From Candidatus Eiseniibacteriota bacterium (GTDB lineage: Bacteria; Orphanbacterota; Orphanbacteria; Orphanbacterales; Orphanbacteraceae): DNA of 64,000 bases. The position numbers were made by a program, and so were the translations under genes. Position 1 is the stretch's first letter. Each line of letters opens with the position of its first letter. The notes under the pieces were generated by a model. That model searched no databases and was not told the origin of the DNA. It saw nothing but the letters and a program-made list of their open reading frames with translations. The stretch covers positions 79,122 to 143,121 of the forward strand of contig JBDROZ010000070.1 of assembly GCA_043809585.1 (NCBI GenBank). Reading direction: 5' to 3'. Of this stretch, positions 32,984 through 42,449 are shown one piece after another.

Positions 32984-33250
32984 TCAATGGGCGACGGGGT
33001 TCCGGGAGAAGGCGATCGCGAGCCAGACGATCATCCCCGCCAGGACAAGCAGTTTCGAAAGGCCGAGGACGAAGCCGATCCAGGCGACGATTCGCTCTTT
33101 CTTGGGCGCCCCGCGGAGGGCGCGGAGGGCCGTCATTCCGAGTACCACCGCCGCGACGTCGAGGCCGACAGGAATCCACGAGGCGAGAACCCAGGAGAGC
33201 GCCCCGAGGATTAAGGAGAGGAAGGCGATCGAGGCGGCGCGCGACTTCAC
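32984..33250 (-). CDS. Small membrane protein (DUF4190-like)
   Basis: GTG start with GGAGG SD; SLILG..LG..AL..AWIGFVLG pattern. Confidence 0.6.
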   Translation of the reverse strand: MKSRAASIAFLSLILGALSWVLASWIPVGLDVAAVVLGMTALRALRGAPKKERIVAWIGFVLGLSKLLVLAGMIVWLAIAFSRNPVAH

Positions 33251-33283
33251 GGGGCATGTCCTCCGGACGGTCGGAACGACCGC

Positions 33284-33529
33284 CTATTTCCAGTAGCCGA
33301 ACTCCGGCTCGTAGCACGATCCTTCCAGGTCGGCGGCGCGCTCCTGAAAGAAGCCCTGGGCGTCCCGGATGGCTCGATTGTAGAACGTGGGGGCGATCTC
33401 CCGGAGGAAGAAGTCGAGAAGAAGCCCGGCGTGCAGATCGCCGATCTCCTCGTCCCGTTTTTCCTCGAAGTACCGCTTGATCGAATCGACCGCCTGTCTT
33501 TTTGATTCCTCGGGAATAGACAACGTCAT
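33284..33529 (-). CDS. DUF2164 family protein
   Basis: SIKRYFEE..EIGDL.A.LLLDFFL.EIAP.FYNRAIRDAQ. Confidence 0.85.
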   Translation of the reverse strand: MTLSIPEESKRQAVDSIKRYFEEKRDEEIGDLHAGLLLDFFLREIAPTFYNRAIRDAQGFFQERAADLEGSCYEPEFGYWK

Positions 33530-33545
33530 CGTATAGCCCCGTTCT

Positions 33546-34292
33546 TCAAGGTCCATAACCGGCCCGGACCGAGAGGGGCCAGCGCACCCCGCGGCGCTCC
33601 CCCGGATCGCCCCATAGGGGCGCGAGTTCGCGCGCGAGCACGTCGACCGGGTCCGCGCCCTTGTCGGCCCGGTAGCGGATCACCGCCGACCAGGTTCGTA
33701 GGTACCCCGCCAGTTCCGGGAGATTCATGGTCCCCTCGATACTCATGGCGGGAAAAGTGAACTCGTCGAAGGGGAACTCGATGGTCCGGTACCCCTCTTC
33801 GACGAGGGCCCGCTCGGGCGGCCAGCACGGCCCGATATCCCCCTTGTAGAATTTCAGAACGAGATCGTCGATCGCCGGCGCGATGGTCATCAGCTCGTAA
33901 CACCAGACGGCGAGGAGGCCGCCGGGGACGAGAACACGGCGGACTTCTTCGTAAAACGCGGGGCGGTCGAACCAGTGGAGGGCCTGGGCGACCGTGACGA
34001 GATCGACGGAGGATGATTCGATCCCGCTCGATTCGGCGGGGACCGTCCGGTACGTCACTTTCGGGTGAGCCCGGGCCGAATCGATCTGCTCGGCGCTCGC
34101 GTCGGTGGCGATCACGCGGTCGAAGTGCCCGGCGAGACCGGTCGCGGCCTGCCCGCTCCCGGTGCCGCAGTCCCAGGCGAGGCGCCGCCCCGGCGCGCGG
34201 GCCGCGAGATCCACGAACAGCGCGGCAGGGTAGTGTGGACGAAACGCGGCGTAGCCCCTCGCGGCCGGCGAGAAATGATCGTGAAAGCCCAT
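33546..34292 (-). CDS. Class I SAM-dependent methyltransferase
   Basis: FHDHFS..YAAFRPHYP, AWDCGTGSGQA, DLVTVAQALHWFD. Confidence 0.92.
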   Translation of the reverse strand: MGFHDHFSPAARGYAAFRPHYPAALFVDLAARAPGRRLAWDCGTGSGQAATGLAGHFDRVIATDASAEQIDSARAHPKVTYRTVPAESSGIESSSVDLVTVAQALHWFDRPAFYEEVRRVLVPGGLLAVWCYELMTIAPAIDDLVLKFYKGDIGPCWPPERALVEEGYRTIEFPFDEFTFPAMSIEGTMNLPELAGYLRTWSAVIRYRADKGADPVDVLARELAPLWGDPGERRGVRWPLSVRAGYGP

Positions 34293-34293
34293 G

Positions 34294-34464
34294 TCACCCG
34301 AGCGCCGATCCGAGATAGTACGGCCAGAGGACGAGGGCGAGCACCGCCTTGCCGACCGGAAGGTGGGCATATCCGACCGTGAAGAGCCAGCCGATGAACC
34401 AGATCGGCCCGACCAGGCCGGCGATTTCCATTTTTCCCTGCACGACCCGTTTCTCGTCTCCCAT
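34294..34464 (-). CDS. Small conserved-looking membrane protein (56 aa)
   Basis: SD AAGGAGG; GPIWFIGWLFTVGY..LALVLWPYYLG. Confidence 0.7.
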   Translation of the reverse strand: MGDEKRVVQGKMEIAGLVGPIWFIGWLFTVGYAHLPVGKAVLALVLWPYYLGSALG

Positions 34465-34785
34465 GGCGACCTCCTTGGCCGGTCGATACCGTAAGTGTCC
34501 CGCAACGATAAGGTCTTGGATCTCGCCGATCACCGGGTATCCCGATCGCTCATGGAGCCCGTCGCTCCCATGATGATCAGGATGAACATCTTCGTTGAAT
34601 CCGGGAATCAAACACCCGACCGCAGTCTATGTCCGGGGCGGGCGTGGGCGCGAGAGAAATCGGCGGGCGACCGATCCCTCCCTTCCCCTTTCCGAAGGAT
34701 TTTGCTAACCTTTTCGTCACCAACCGTTCTTCTGGAAACGGGCGGTCGTCCGGGCCCGCCCCAACCCGAGCCATCGAGGGAATTC

Positions 34786-36585
34786 ATGACGGACAATCAC
34801 TCCGAGCTTTCCTTTCGGGCCGTTCTTTCGGGCCTCTTCGTGGGATGTCTGATCGGCGCCTCGAATATCTGCATCGGCCTCAAGATCGGCTGGACCTTCG
34901 GCGCGTCGATCACCGCCGCCGTCATCTCCTTCGTGATCTTCAAGACCTTGGGGCGGGCGCTCAGCCGCCCCTACACGAGCAAGGAGAACCTGATCAGCGC
35001 CACCGCCGGCTCGTCGGCGGGGACCATGGCGTCGGCGGCGGGCCTGACGTCGTCGATCCCGGCCCTCGAGCTGATCCTGCGGGAACAGGGGGCCGACCCG
35101 CTCTCGTACGGAAAACTCGTCCTCTGGGGGATCGGGATCGCCTTCCTCGGCGTCTTCTTCGCCGTCCCTCTCCGGCGGCAGATGATCGTGGTCGACAAGC
35201 TCCGCTACCCGACCGGCACCGCCGCGGCGGAGACGATCAAGGCGATGTACGCCTCGGGCGCGGAGGCGGTGAAGAAGGCGAAGGTGCTTTTCTACGCGGC
35301 GGTCTTCGCGGGGATCTTCAAGCTACTCATGTCGATCGTCCCCCTAGGCCTCGCCCGGTTCGAGAATTTCTCCCTCGACGACGTCGGCCTCGTTTCGCTC
35401 GGAGTCCTGGGGATCTCCTTCGCGGTTCTCACCATCGGCATCAACATGTCCCCGATGATGATCGGCGCGGGCATCCTGATCGGGCCGAAGGTCGGTTGGT
35501 CCCTCTTCGCCGGGACGATCCTGGCGTGGGGGATCATCGCCCCGATCCTGAACCAGATGGGCCTTGTCGAATACGGCGGCGGCGCGTCGATCTACCGGGA
35601 CGCGCTGAAATGGATCCTATGGCCCGGCGTGGCGTGCATGATCACCGCCGGATTCACGAGCCTCGGGCTCCAGTACAAGACGATCGGACGCACCTTCACG
35701 TCCCTGAAGAAGGTGACCGCCGGACCCGGCGCCGCGGCCGTCGACGAAGAGGAAGACGCTCCCGACCCGTTCCCCATGAAGTGGTGGCTCATCGGGATGG
35801 CGGCGGCCACGGCGGTCACGGCCGCCATGTCGTACCTCTTCTTCGGCATCCCGATCTGGATGGGGATCCTCGCGGTGGTCATCTCCCTCTTCATCGCGAG
35901 CATCGCCGTCCGGGCGACGGGCGAGACGGACATCAACCCGGTCGGCGCCATGGGGAAGATCACCCAGGTGGTTTACGGCATCCTCGATCCCGGGAAGATA
36001 ACGACGAACCTGATGGCGGCCGGGGTCACCGCCGCCGGCGCGAGCCAGGCGGGCGACCTGATGCACGACCTGAAGGCGGGCTACATACTGAAGGTGTCGA
36101 TCCGGAAGCAGGTGATCACCCAGCTGATCGGCGTGGTGGTCGGCGTTTTCGCGGCGGCCGGCGTCTACCGGCTCCTCACGTCGGCATACGAGATTCCCGG
36201 TGAGTCCTTCGCCGGCCCCGCGGTGGTGGCATGGCACCTGATGGCGAAGGTCCTCGCCGAGGGAGTCTCCTCCCTGCAGCCGAGCGCCCTCTGGGCCGCC
36301 GTGGTGGGCGGTGCGGTCGGCATCGTGCTGACTCTGATGCACAGGATCAAGGGGATCGCCAAGTGGCTCCCCTCGCCGGTGGCACTCGGGATCGCGTTCA
36401 TCGTGCCCGGATTCTATTCGGTCGCCATGTGGCTCGGCGCGATGATCACCTGGCTCTACCGGCGGAAGCACGGCAAGGAGGTTGACGCCTACGGTCCCTC
36501 TCTCGCGTCGGGGCTGATCGCCGGCGAGGGACTGATGATGGTCGTCGTCGCCGCGCTTCTGATCATCGGGGTTTCGTGGGTCTGA
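34786..36585 (+). CDS. OPT family oligopeptide transporter
   Basis: GLKIGW, KENLISAT, FAVPLRRQMI..LRYPTGTA, GETDINP, DLMHDLKAG, SGLIAGEG. Confidence 0.92.
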   Translation: MTDNHSELSFRAVLSGLFVGCLIGASNICIGLKIGWTFGASITAAVISFVIFKTLGRALSRPYTSKENLISATAGSSAGTMASAAGLTSSIPALELILREQGADPLSYGKLVLWGIGIAFLGVFFAVPLRRQMIVVDKLRYPTGTAAAETIKAMYASGAEAVKKAKVLFYAAVFAGIFKLLMSIVPLGLARFENFSLDDVGLVSLGVLGISFAVLTIGINMSPMMIGAGILIGPKVGWSLFAGTILAWGIIAPILNQMGLVEYGGGASIYRDALKWILWPGVACMITAGFTSLGLQYKTIGRTFTSLKKVTAGPGAAAVDEEEDAPDPFPMKWWLIGMAAATAVTAAMSYLFFGIPIWMGILAVVISLFIASIAVRATGETDINPVGAMGKITQVVYGILDPGKITTNLMAAGVTAAGASQAGDLMHDLKAGYILKVSIRKQVITQLIGVVVGVFAAAGVYRLLTSAYEIPGESFAGPAVVAWHLMAKVLAEGVSSLQPSALWAAVVGGAVGIVLTLMHRIKGIAKWLPSPVALGIAFIVPGFYSVAMWLGAMITWLYRRKHGKEVDAYGPSLASGLIAGEGLMMVVVAALLIIGVSWV

Positions 36586-36868
36586 TCGATCGAGGCTCTT
36601 CTGCTGCGGCTTGCGGTCGCGGGCTGCGCGCCCGGTTCTCCGTCGCCGCCGTCCTCGTCGTGGCTGGGGGCCACGCCTCCGGGCGGCTTCTCGTCCGAAC
36701 CGGACTCTCGCCACGCTCCGCTGCGCCTCGCGACGAAGACCTCGATCGCTCCGACCCCTCGGAGGATATCTCCAAGGGGGTTCGCGAACCGAGCGGATGA
36801 ACTCTTGGCGCAGTATCCGTCCGAGGGCGGGAACGGTGCGGAACAGGCATCCGAGGAAGACAGAAGCT

Positions 36869-38818
36869 GTGGCGCGAAAACCGAAACGAAAAGGGAAGGG
36901 CCCGGCACCTACTTCCCCTTCTTCTCTCTGGCTCCCCGCGGTGATCTTGCTCGCGGCGGTGGCCGTCGCCTACATCCCGGCGATTCGAGCCGGGTACATC
37001 TGGGACGACGCGCGCTACGTGACGGAGAACGAAGCGCTCCGGAGCGCCGGGGGACTCGCGCGCATCTGGTTCGATGTGGGTGCGACCATCCAGTACTATC
37101 CGATGGTATTCTCCACGTTCTGGGTGGAGCAGCGGCTCTGGGGGCTTCATCCTCTCGGGTACCACCTGGTGAACGTGCTCCTCCACGGCGGGAGCGCCAT
37201 CCTCCTCTGGATGATTCTCCGCCGCCTCTCCCTCCCCGGCGCGTGGCTCGCCGCGGCCCTCTTCGCCCTGCACCCGGTTCAGGTCGAATCGGTGGCGTGG
37301 ATCACGGAGCGGAAGAACGTTCTCTCCGGATTTTTTTACCTGGCGGCGATGCTCGCCTGGGTCGGATGGGCCCGGCCCGACAAACCGGCGGCGGGCGCCC
37401 GCGGGGACCGTCGTCTCTACACCGCCGCGCTCGCGTTCTTCGTCTTCGCCCTGTTCAGCAAGACCGTGACGAGCTCGCTGCCGGCGGCGGCCTTGCTCGT
37501 TCTCTATTGGAAGCGGGGCCGGATCACCTTGAAAGACGGGGCGCCCCTGCTCCCCTTCTTCGCGGCCGGAATCGCCATGGGAACCCTCACGGGTTGGATG
37601 GAGAAGAACGTAGTCGGCGCGGTGGGGGCGGACTGGGACTACTCGTTCGTCGAGCGGCTCCTCGTCGCGGGGCGGGCCCTCTGGTTCTATCTCGGCAAAC
37701 TCCTCGTACCCGTGAACCTCGCGTTCAACTACCCGATGTGGACGATCGACGAAGGTTCTGTCGTCGCCTGGACCATGCCGGCGGCGGCGGTTCTCGCCGG
37801 GGCGCTTCTCTTCGCCTATCGAAACCGCATCGGGCGGGGCCCCCTCGTGGCGGCCCTCTTCTTCGGCGGGACCCTTTTCCCCGCCCTGGGCTTCATCGAC
37901 GTCTACCCGATGCGCTACTCCTTCGTGGCCGACCACTTCCAGTATTTGGCGTGCATCGGCCCCTTCGCCCTGGTCGCCGCCGCCGCGGCGACCAGGCTCG
38001 CGGGGGCGGGCCGCCGCCTTCCGGCGGGCGAGACGCCGGGGGGGATCTACGCCATCGGCGCCGCGATCGTCATCGTTCTCGGCGCCCTCACTTGGCGGCA
38101 GGCTGTCCCGTACGAGAACATCATCACCCTCTGGCAGGACACGCTGAAGAAGAACCCCGCCTCCTTCCTCGCCCACAACAACATGGCCACCCACCTCGTC
38201 GACTGGGGGAGGTTGGACGACGCGATCCGACATCTCTCCGACGCGGTGCGGCTGAAGCCCGACTTTTACGAGGCCCGGTGCGGCCTCGGCACGGCGCTCA
38301 CCGAAAAGGGGCGGACCGCCGAGGCGCGGTTCCAGCTGGAGGCGGGCAGGGACCTCCGGCCCGACAAACCGTGGGCGTGGGTCTACCTCGGCGACGCCTA
38401 CCGCGCCGAATCGAAGCCCGAAGAGGCGATCGAGAACTACGAACGGGCCCTGGAAGTCGACCCGTCGAACGCCCGGGCGCGGAACAACCTCGCCAATCTC
38501 CTTTCCGAGATGGGGAGATTCGAGAAGGCCATTCCCCACTACCGGGAGGCGATCCGGCTCGACCAGAGAAATGCGAATTCCCGCCGCAACCTCGCCCTGG
38601 CACTGACCGCCGGCGGGAAGGCGGACGAGGCGGTCCGTGAGTACAGGGAGGTCCTCCGGATCGACCCACAGGACCTTCCGGCGCGGTTCAATCTCGCCGA
38701 GCTTCTCGAGGGCCTCGGCGAGAAAGAGGCCGCCGCCGAGGAGTTCCGCGCCGTCCTCCGCATCGAACCCCGGTTCGCCCCCGCCCGGGCTGCTCTCGAA
38801 AAGCTGGAAGGCGAGTAG
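36869..38818 (+). CDS. TMTC-like membrane glycosyltransferase (GT-C) with C-terminal TPR repeats
   Basis: GYIWDD, GYHLVNVLLH, LFALHPVQVESVAWITERK, VADHFQYLA; TPRs (AHNN, ARNNLA); start uncertain. Confidence 0.88.
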   Translation: MARKPKRKGKGPAPTSPSSLWLPAVILLAAVAVAYIPAIRAGYIWDDARYVTENEALRSAGGLARIWFDVGATIQYYPMVFSTFWVEQRLWGLHPLGYHLVNVLLHGGSAILLWMILRRLSLPGAWLAAALFALHPVQVESVAWITERKNVLSGFFYLAAMLAWVGWARPDKPAAGARGDRRLYTAALAFFVFALFSKTVTSSLPAAALLVLYWKRGRITLKDGAPLLPFFAAGIAMGTLTGWMEKNVVGAVGADWDYSFVERLLVAGRALWFYLGKLLVPVNLAFNYPMWTIDEGSVVAWTMPAAAVLAGALLFAYRNRIGRGPLVAALFFGGTLFPALGFIDVYPMRYSFVADHFQYLACIGPFALVAAAAATRLAGAGRRLPAGETPGGIYAIGAAIVIVLGALTWRQAVPYENIITLWQDTLKKNPASFLAHNNMATHLVDWGRLDDAIRHLSDAVRLKPDFYEARCGLGTALTEKGRTAEARFQLEAGRDLRPDKPWAWVYLGDAYRAESKPEEAIENYERALEVDPSNARARNNLANLLSEMGRFEKAIPHYREAIRLDQRNANSRRNLALALTAGGKADEAVREYREVLRIDPQDLPARFNLAELLEGLGEKEAAAEEFRAVLRIEPRFAPARAALEKLEGE

Positions 38819-38839
38819 AAGAGGAAGCCGGGGGAAATG

Positions 38840-38867
38840 AAAAGGGCCCGACCCCATGGCCGGGCCC
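38840..38867 (-). terminator. Rho-independent terminator for the minus-strand lipoprotein gene
   Basis: GGGCCCG / CGGGCCC stem followed by TTTT on the minus strand. Confidence 0.55.
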
Positions 38868-38888
38868 CCATGCCGTATCGTACGGTCG

Positions 38889-40097
38889 TCAACGCTTCTC
38901 GCCGCCGCTCCCGCAGAAGTCGATGATGAAGGGCGTGTCGCTGTCGTCGTAGGCATCGGTCTCGACATCGGTGATCCGGATTTGGTAGCCATCGGTCAGG
39001 GAATTGCACGCCTCGGCCACCCAAAGATACTCGTAGCCGCCCGAGCCATCCGGCGTCGGAGCGCCTTCGAAGATCGTGTCGCACACGGCGCCCTCGAAGA
39101 GGAGTTCGATTCGGACGGTGGCGTGCGCGCCCCCGTCGATCGTCCAAACGATCGGAAATCCTTCATTCACACAGAGAAGGTCACCAACGTTCGGCTGGAC
39201 CACCGAGATGACGGGCGGCTCCTCGGGGCTGCAGTCCACGAGGCCGAACGGGCCGTCGCTGTCGTCCGTGGCGCCGCAGCCGAGATCTGTGACCCGAACC
39301 GCGTATCCATCCGGGAAACTACAGCCGGCCGCCACCCACTCGAAAAGACCGTTGTTCGGAGCGGAATCGGCGATGATCTGACAAACTTCGCCGCTCTGAA
39401 GCAGTTCGATCAGAACCGTTCCCGGCGAATCGCCGGTGAACTCCCAAATGATCGACACGGTGCTGTCCAGACAGAATTCTTCGCCGCCGTTCGGGTATGT
39501 GACTACGAGTTCACATTCGGGGCAGGACTCAACGAGGTAGTTCATATACGTGGCCCAGCTGCGGCCGGGGAACTCCGGACCCTCGCCCCAGGCCGTCTCT
39601 TCCTGGATCGGATTGCCGGCGTCGTCTAAGAGAAGGACGCTCGCGTGAACGGCGATGTAGATCTCGCCAGCCTCCCACAGGTATTCGAGGGGGTTGCAGC
39701 AATACGTGAACGACGTCACCGCCGGATCGTGTTCCGTCTCCCACAGGAACTTCCCGACCTGGGGGTTTCCCGACCCGGTCTGGGGAATCGAATCGAGGTG
39801 AGGCGCCACGGCCACGTGGGTTTCCGTCAGGACCCACCCCCCCGTCGTCTGGATGTCGATGCACAGTTCCCCGTCGGTGAGGGTGACCGTGATGAAACCG
39901 GCGTCGTAGTGTTGCCCGGCGATCAACGTGTAACCCATCGGGTCCCCACAGGGAACGCCGTCTCCCTGCCACACGTACGCGGGAAGGACGGGAATGGAAA
40001 TGTCCACCGGCGTTGCCGGGTTCTCGGTCTTCATGCAGCCGGCGAACGCCCAAAGGGCGAACGCGGCAATTCCTGTGGTGAGCAGAAGTCTTTGCAA
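38889..40097 (-). CDS. Cys-rich surface lipoprotein with two tandem Ig-like (PNGGE-type) domains
   Basis: TTG start with SD GAGGAGG; FAGC lipobox; TLIAGQHYDAG domain; repeats VTYPNGGE...DDSDGPF and VVQPNVGD...DDSDTPF. Confidence 0.75.
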   Translation of the reverse strand: MQRLLLTTGIAAFALWAFAGCMKTENPATPVDISIPVLPAYVWQGDGVPCGDPMGYTLIAGQHYDAGFITVTLTDGELCIDIQTTGGWVLTETHVAVAPHLDSIPQTGSGNPQVGKFLWETEHDPAVTSFTYCCNPLEYLWEAGEIYIAVHASVLLLDDAGNPIQEETAWGEGPEFPGRSWATYMNYLVESCPECELVVTYPNGGEEFCLDSTVSIIWEFTGDSPGTVLIELLQSGEVCQIIADSAPNNGLFEWVAAGCSFPDGYAVRVTDLGCGATDDSDGPFGLVDCSPEEPPVISVVQPNVGDLLCVNEGFPIVWTIDGGAHATVRIELLFEGAVCDTIFEGAPTPDGSGGYEYLWVAEACNSLTDGYQIRITDVETDAYDDSDTPFIIDFCGSGGEKR

Positions 40098-40543
40098 CGT
40101 CGGTCCTCCTCGGAATTGATGTTCTGGCTCCTTCTCCACCCTTTCTCATTGGTGCGCCTCCGATAGGGGCGGGGCCCGGCCGGGCGGCCGGGCCCCTGGC
40201 GCAAGGGACCGGGATGTGGGATGGACGGGCAGTCCATGAGGTGCGGCCGCCCCGGGAAAGGAACGAAGCGACCGGCGAATCAACACATTTGCACGAACCG
40301 TGCCCGGACCGTCCCGGAGACCGTCTCGGATTCGACGCAGCATCTTCTTGTTGTGCAATGGGTTGGTCTGGACCATCCGCCGGCATGGCGCGAACCGTTC
40401 GTGATCCGCCGCCACGGATGTGGAATCGGTGAGCAGGTGCGCAGGAAGGGTTCACGCAGCTGCGGGCCAGGTCTCTTCATGCCCCGGCCTTCGCCGGCCG
40501 ATCCTTCGACCAAAGCAAGCTCATTTCATCAGGAGGTTTGGCG

Positions 40544-41047
40544 ATGAAAGGTCTGGCGGTTCTCGGCCTCGGCGGAATCGTCCTCCTCGGTGCGGCCGGT
40601 TGTTCCACTCATCCGGCGGTCGTGAACTACGACAGCATCGGGGAGTTCGCGCTCCGGGCGGCCCCTTTCGAAGGCAAGGAACTCGGCGAGGTCAAAGGCC
40701 GCCACCGGGCCTACGTTTGGGAGGGGTGCACCTACGCCGCGCGGACCGCGGTCTGGAAGATGATCCGGGAGGCGAAACAGTACGAAGCCAACGCGATCGG
40801 CGACATTACCTGGCGGGACGGCCGGAGTCCGGAGCCGCGCTGCAAGAAGCGCTGGTTTTATACGCTTCTGACGCCCGTTCTTCTCACCCCGTACTTCATG
40901 GACGCCGAGGTCCGCGGCACGGCCTACATGGTCGACGAAATGGAATTGGGGCTCTATCTCATTCCCGACGATCCGGCGGGCCAGGCGGAACTGGTCGAGC
41001 GTATCGTGGAAGAAACGATAGAAATGTCTCCCGCGGGCGATAGCTGA
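40544..41047 (+). CDS. Lipoprotein, possible YbjQ/RcsF-like fold
   Basis: SD AGGAGG; AAGC lipobox; ELGEVKG..C..A..KMIREAK..ANAI. Confidence 0.65.
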   Translation: MKGLAVLGLGGIVLLGAAGCSTHPAVVNYDSIGEFALRAAPFEGKELGEVKGRHRAYVWEGCTYAARTAVWKMIREAKQYEANAIGDITWRDGRSPEPRCKKRWFYTLLTPVLLTPYFMDAEVRGTAYMVDEMELGLYLIPDDPAGQAELVERIVEETIEMSPAGDS

Positions 41048-41070
41048 TCCGGGAGACGGTGGAAGAGAGC

Positions 41071-41103
41071 GCACGGGCCGGGGAACCCCGGCCCGTGCTT
41101 TTA
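41071..41103 (+). terminator. Rho-independent terminator
   Basis: GCACGGGCCGGG / CCCGGCCCGTGC perfect stem followed by TTTTA. Confidence 0.85.
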
Positions 41104-41449
41104 TGGCGAGAGGCAACCACCCCGGATCCTTTTTGGCCCACCGTCTCCGTTTTTTCAAGATCCCGCCAGGTGGTCACCTCGGCCATCAAGATGTCTTCGC
41201 CGCGATCGAAAACTCCTCCGCGCGGACCGGCGCGGAAGCCATCCGGGGGGCGCCGGTGCGCAGCCGGGTTCACAGAGAAAGACGGTCCGGAATGGCGAAT
41301 TGTTGGAAATATTTGCGAACCTGTCCCACCCGGCCCGCCCGAGGTCTCCTGCTCCCCGCCCCGGCGTCTCATGGATCGAGGCCTCTCTTCCGATGAAACA
41401 AGAGGAAGCATCGAATTGCGAACCCGTTAAGAAACAAAAAGTTGGAGCG

Positions 41450-42427
41450 ATGAGCGGTTTGTCGAAGATTGGTCTCGATCTGGGGAGTTTTCGAGGCGCC
41501 CCGGCCCGTCCGGGAGCGGCGCCCCTCCCGCGGTCCGGTGGCGACGTGGGCGCTCTCGTCCACCGGGAACGGCGGGCGAAGGAAATCATCGCCGGCATCG
41601 ACGATCTTCCGTCGCTGCCCACCGTGGTCACCCATGTTCTTCGGATGGCGAACGACCCGAACACGAACGCGTGTGATTTCGAGTCGGTGGTCCGGAACGA
41701 CCAGGCCCTCGCATCCCGGGTACTCAAACTGGTCAACTCCTCGTTCTTCGGTCTGCCGAAGCGGCTCTCCAGCATCTCCCAGGCGATCGTCATCATCGGT
41801 TTCAAGACGCTCCGGAGCATCATTCTCGCGGCGAGTACGACACACATACTCGACGGCCAACTCGGACGCTACGGCATCGAACCGGGCGGCCTCTGGCGGC
41901 ACTCGGTCGGCGCGGCCGCCCTCGCCCGGTTTTTCGCCCTCCGGCTCGGCCTCGGCGCCGAGAAGGCGGAGGAGCTTTTCGTGGCCGGGCTGCTCCACGA
42001 CATGGGGAAGATCGCCCTCGCCCCGCACCTCGAGAAGATCGACGGAAACCTCCGGGGCCGGACGGCGGAAAAGGAAGGCGATCTCGTCGCCGCCGAGGAG
42101 GATCTCGTCGGGATCTCCCATGCCGCGGCCGGTGCGATCATGGCGGAGAAGTGGAACCTCGCGACGAATCTCGTCGATTGGATCCGACGGCATCACGATC
42201 CGATCGAGGACGGGGAGGGGAAAGAACGGCTCGTGCTCCGACTCGCCGACGACGGGTGCAATCGGCGGGGCCTCGGTCTCTCGGACGATTTTCCGCACCG
42301 CGCGGACCGGTACGAGGAGATGATCGAAACGGCGGGTCTCGCGGGGAACGATGAGGAGATCGAAGGAAGCGTGGTGAAGGCCCTCGAAAATCTGGATTCC
42401 GTTCTTCGGGCTGTGGAGGGGGTGTGA
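41450..42427 (+). CDS. HDOD domain signal transduction protein
   Basis: LPSLP, DQALASRVLKLVNSSFFG, LWRHSV, AGLLHDMGK, HAAAG..KWNL. Confidence 0.9.
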   Translation: MSGLSKIGLDLGSFRGAPARPGAAPLPRSGGDVGALVHRERRAKEIIAGIDDLPSLPTVVTHVLRMANDPNTNACDFESVVRNDQALASRVLKLVNSSFFGLPKRLSSISQAIVIIGFKTLRSIILAASTTHILDGQLGRYGIEPGGLWRHSVGAAALARFFALRLGLGAEKAEELFVAGLLHDMGKIALAPHLEKIDGNLRGRTAEKEGDLVAAEEDLVGISHAAAGAIMAEKWNLATNLVDWIRRHHDPIEDGEGKERLVLRLADDGCNRRGLGLSDDFPHRADRYEEMIETAGLAGNDEEIEGSVVKALENLDSVLRAVEGV

Positions 42428-42449
42428 GATTCTCGGTAAGGAAGAGGTC

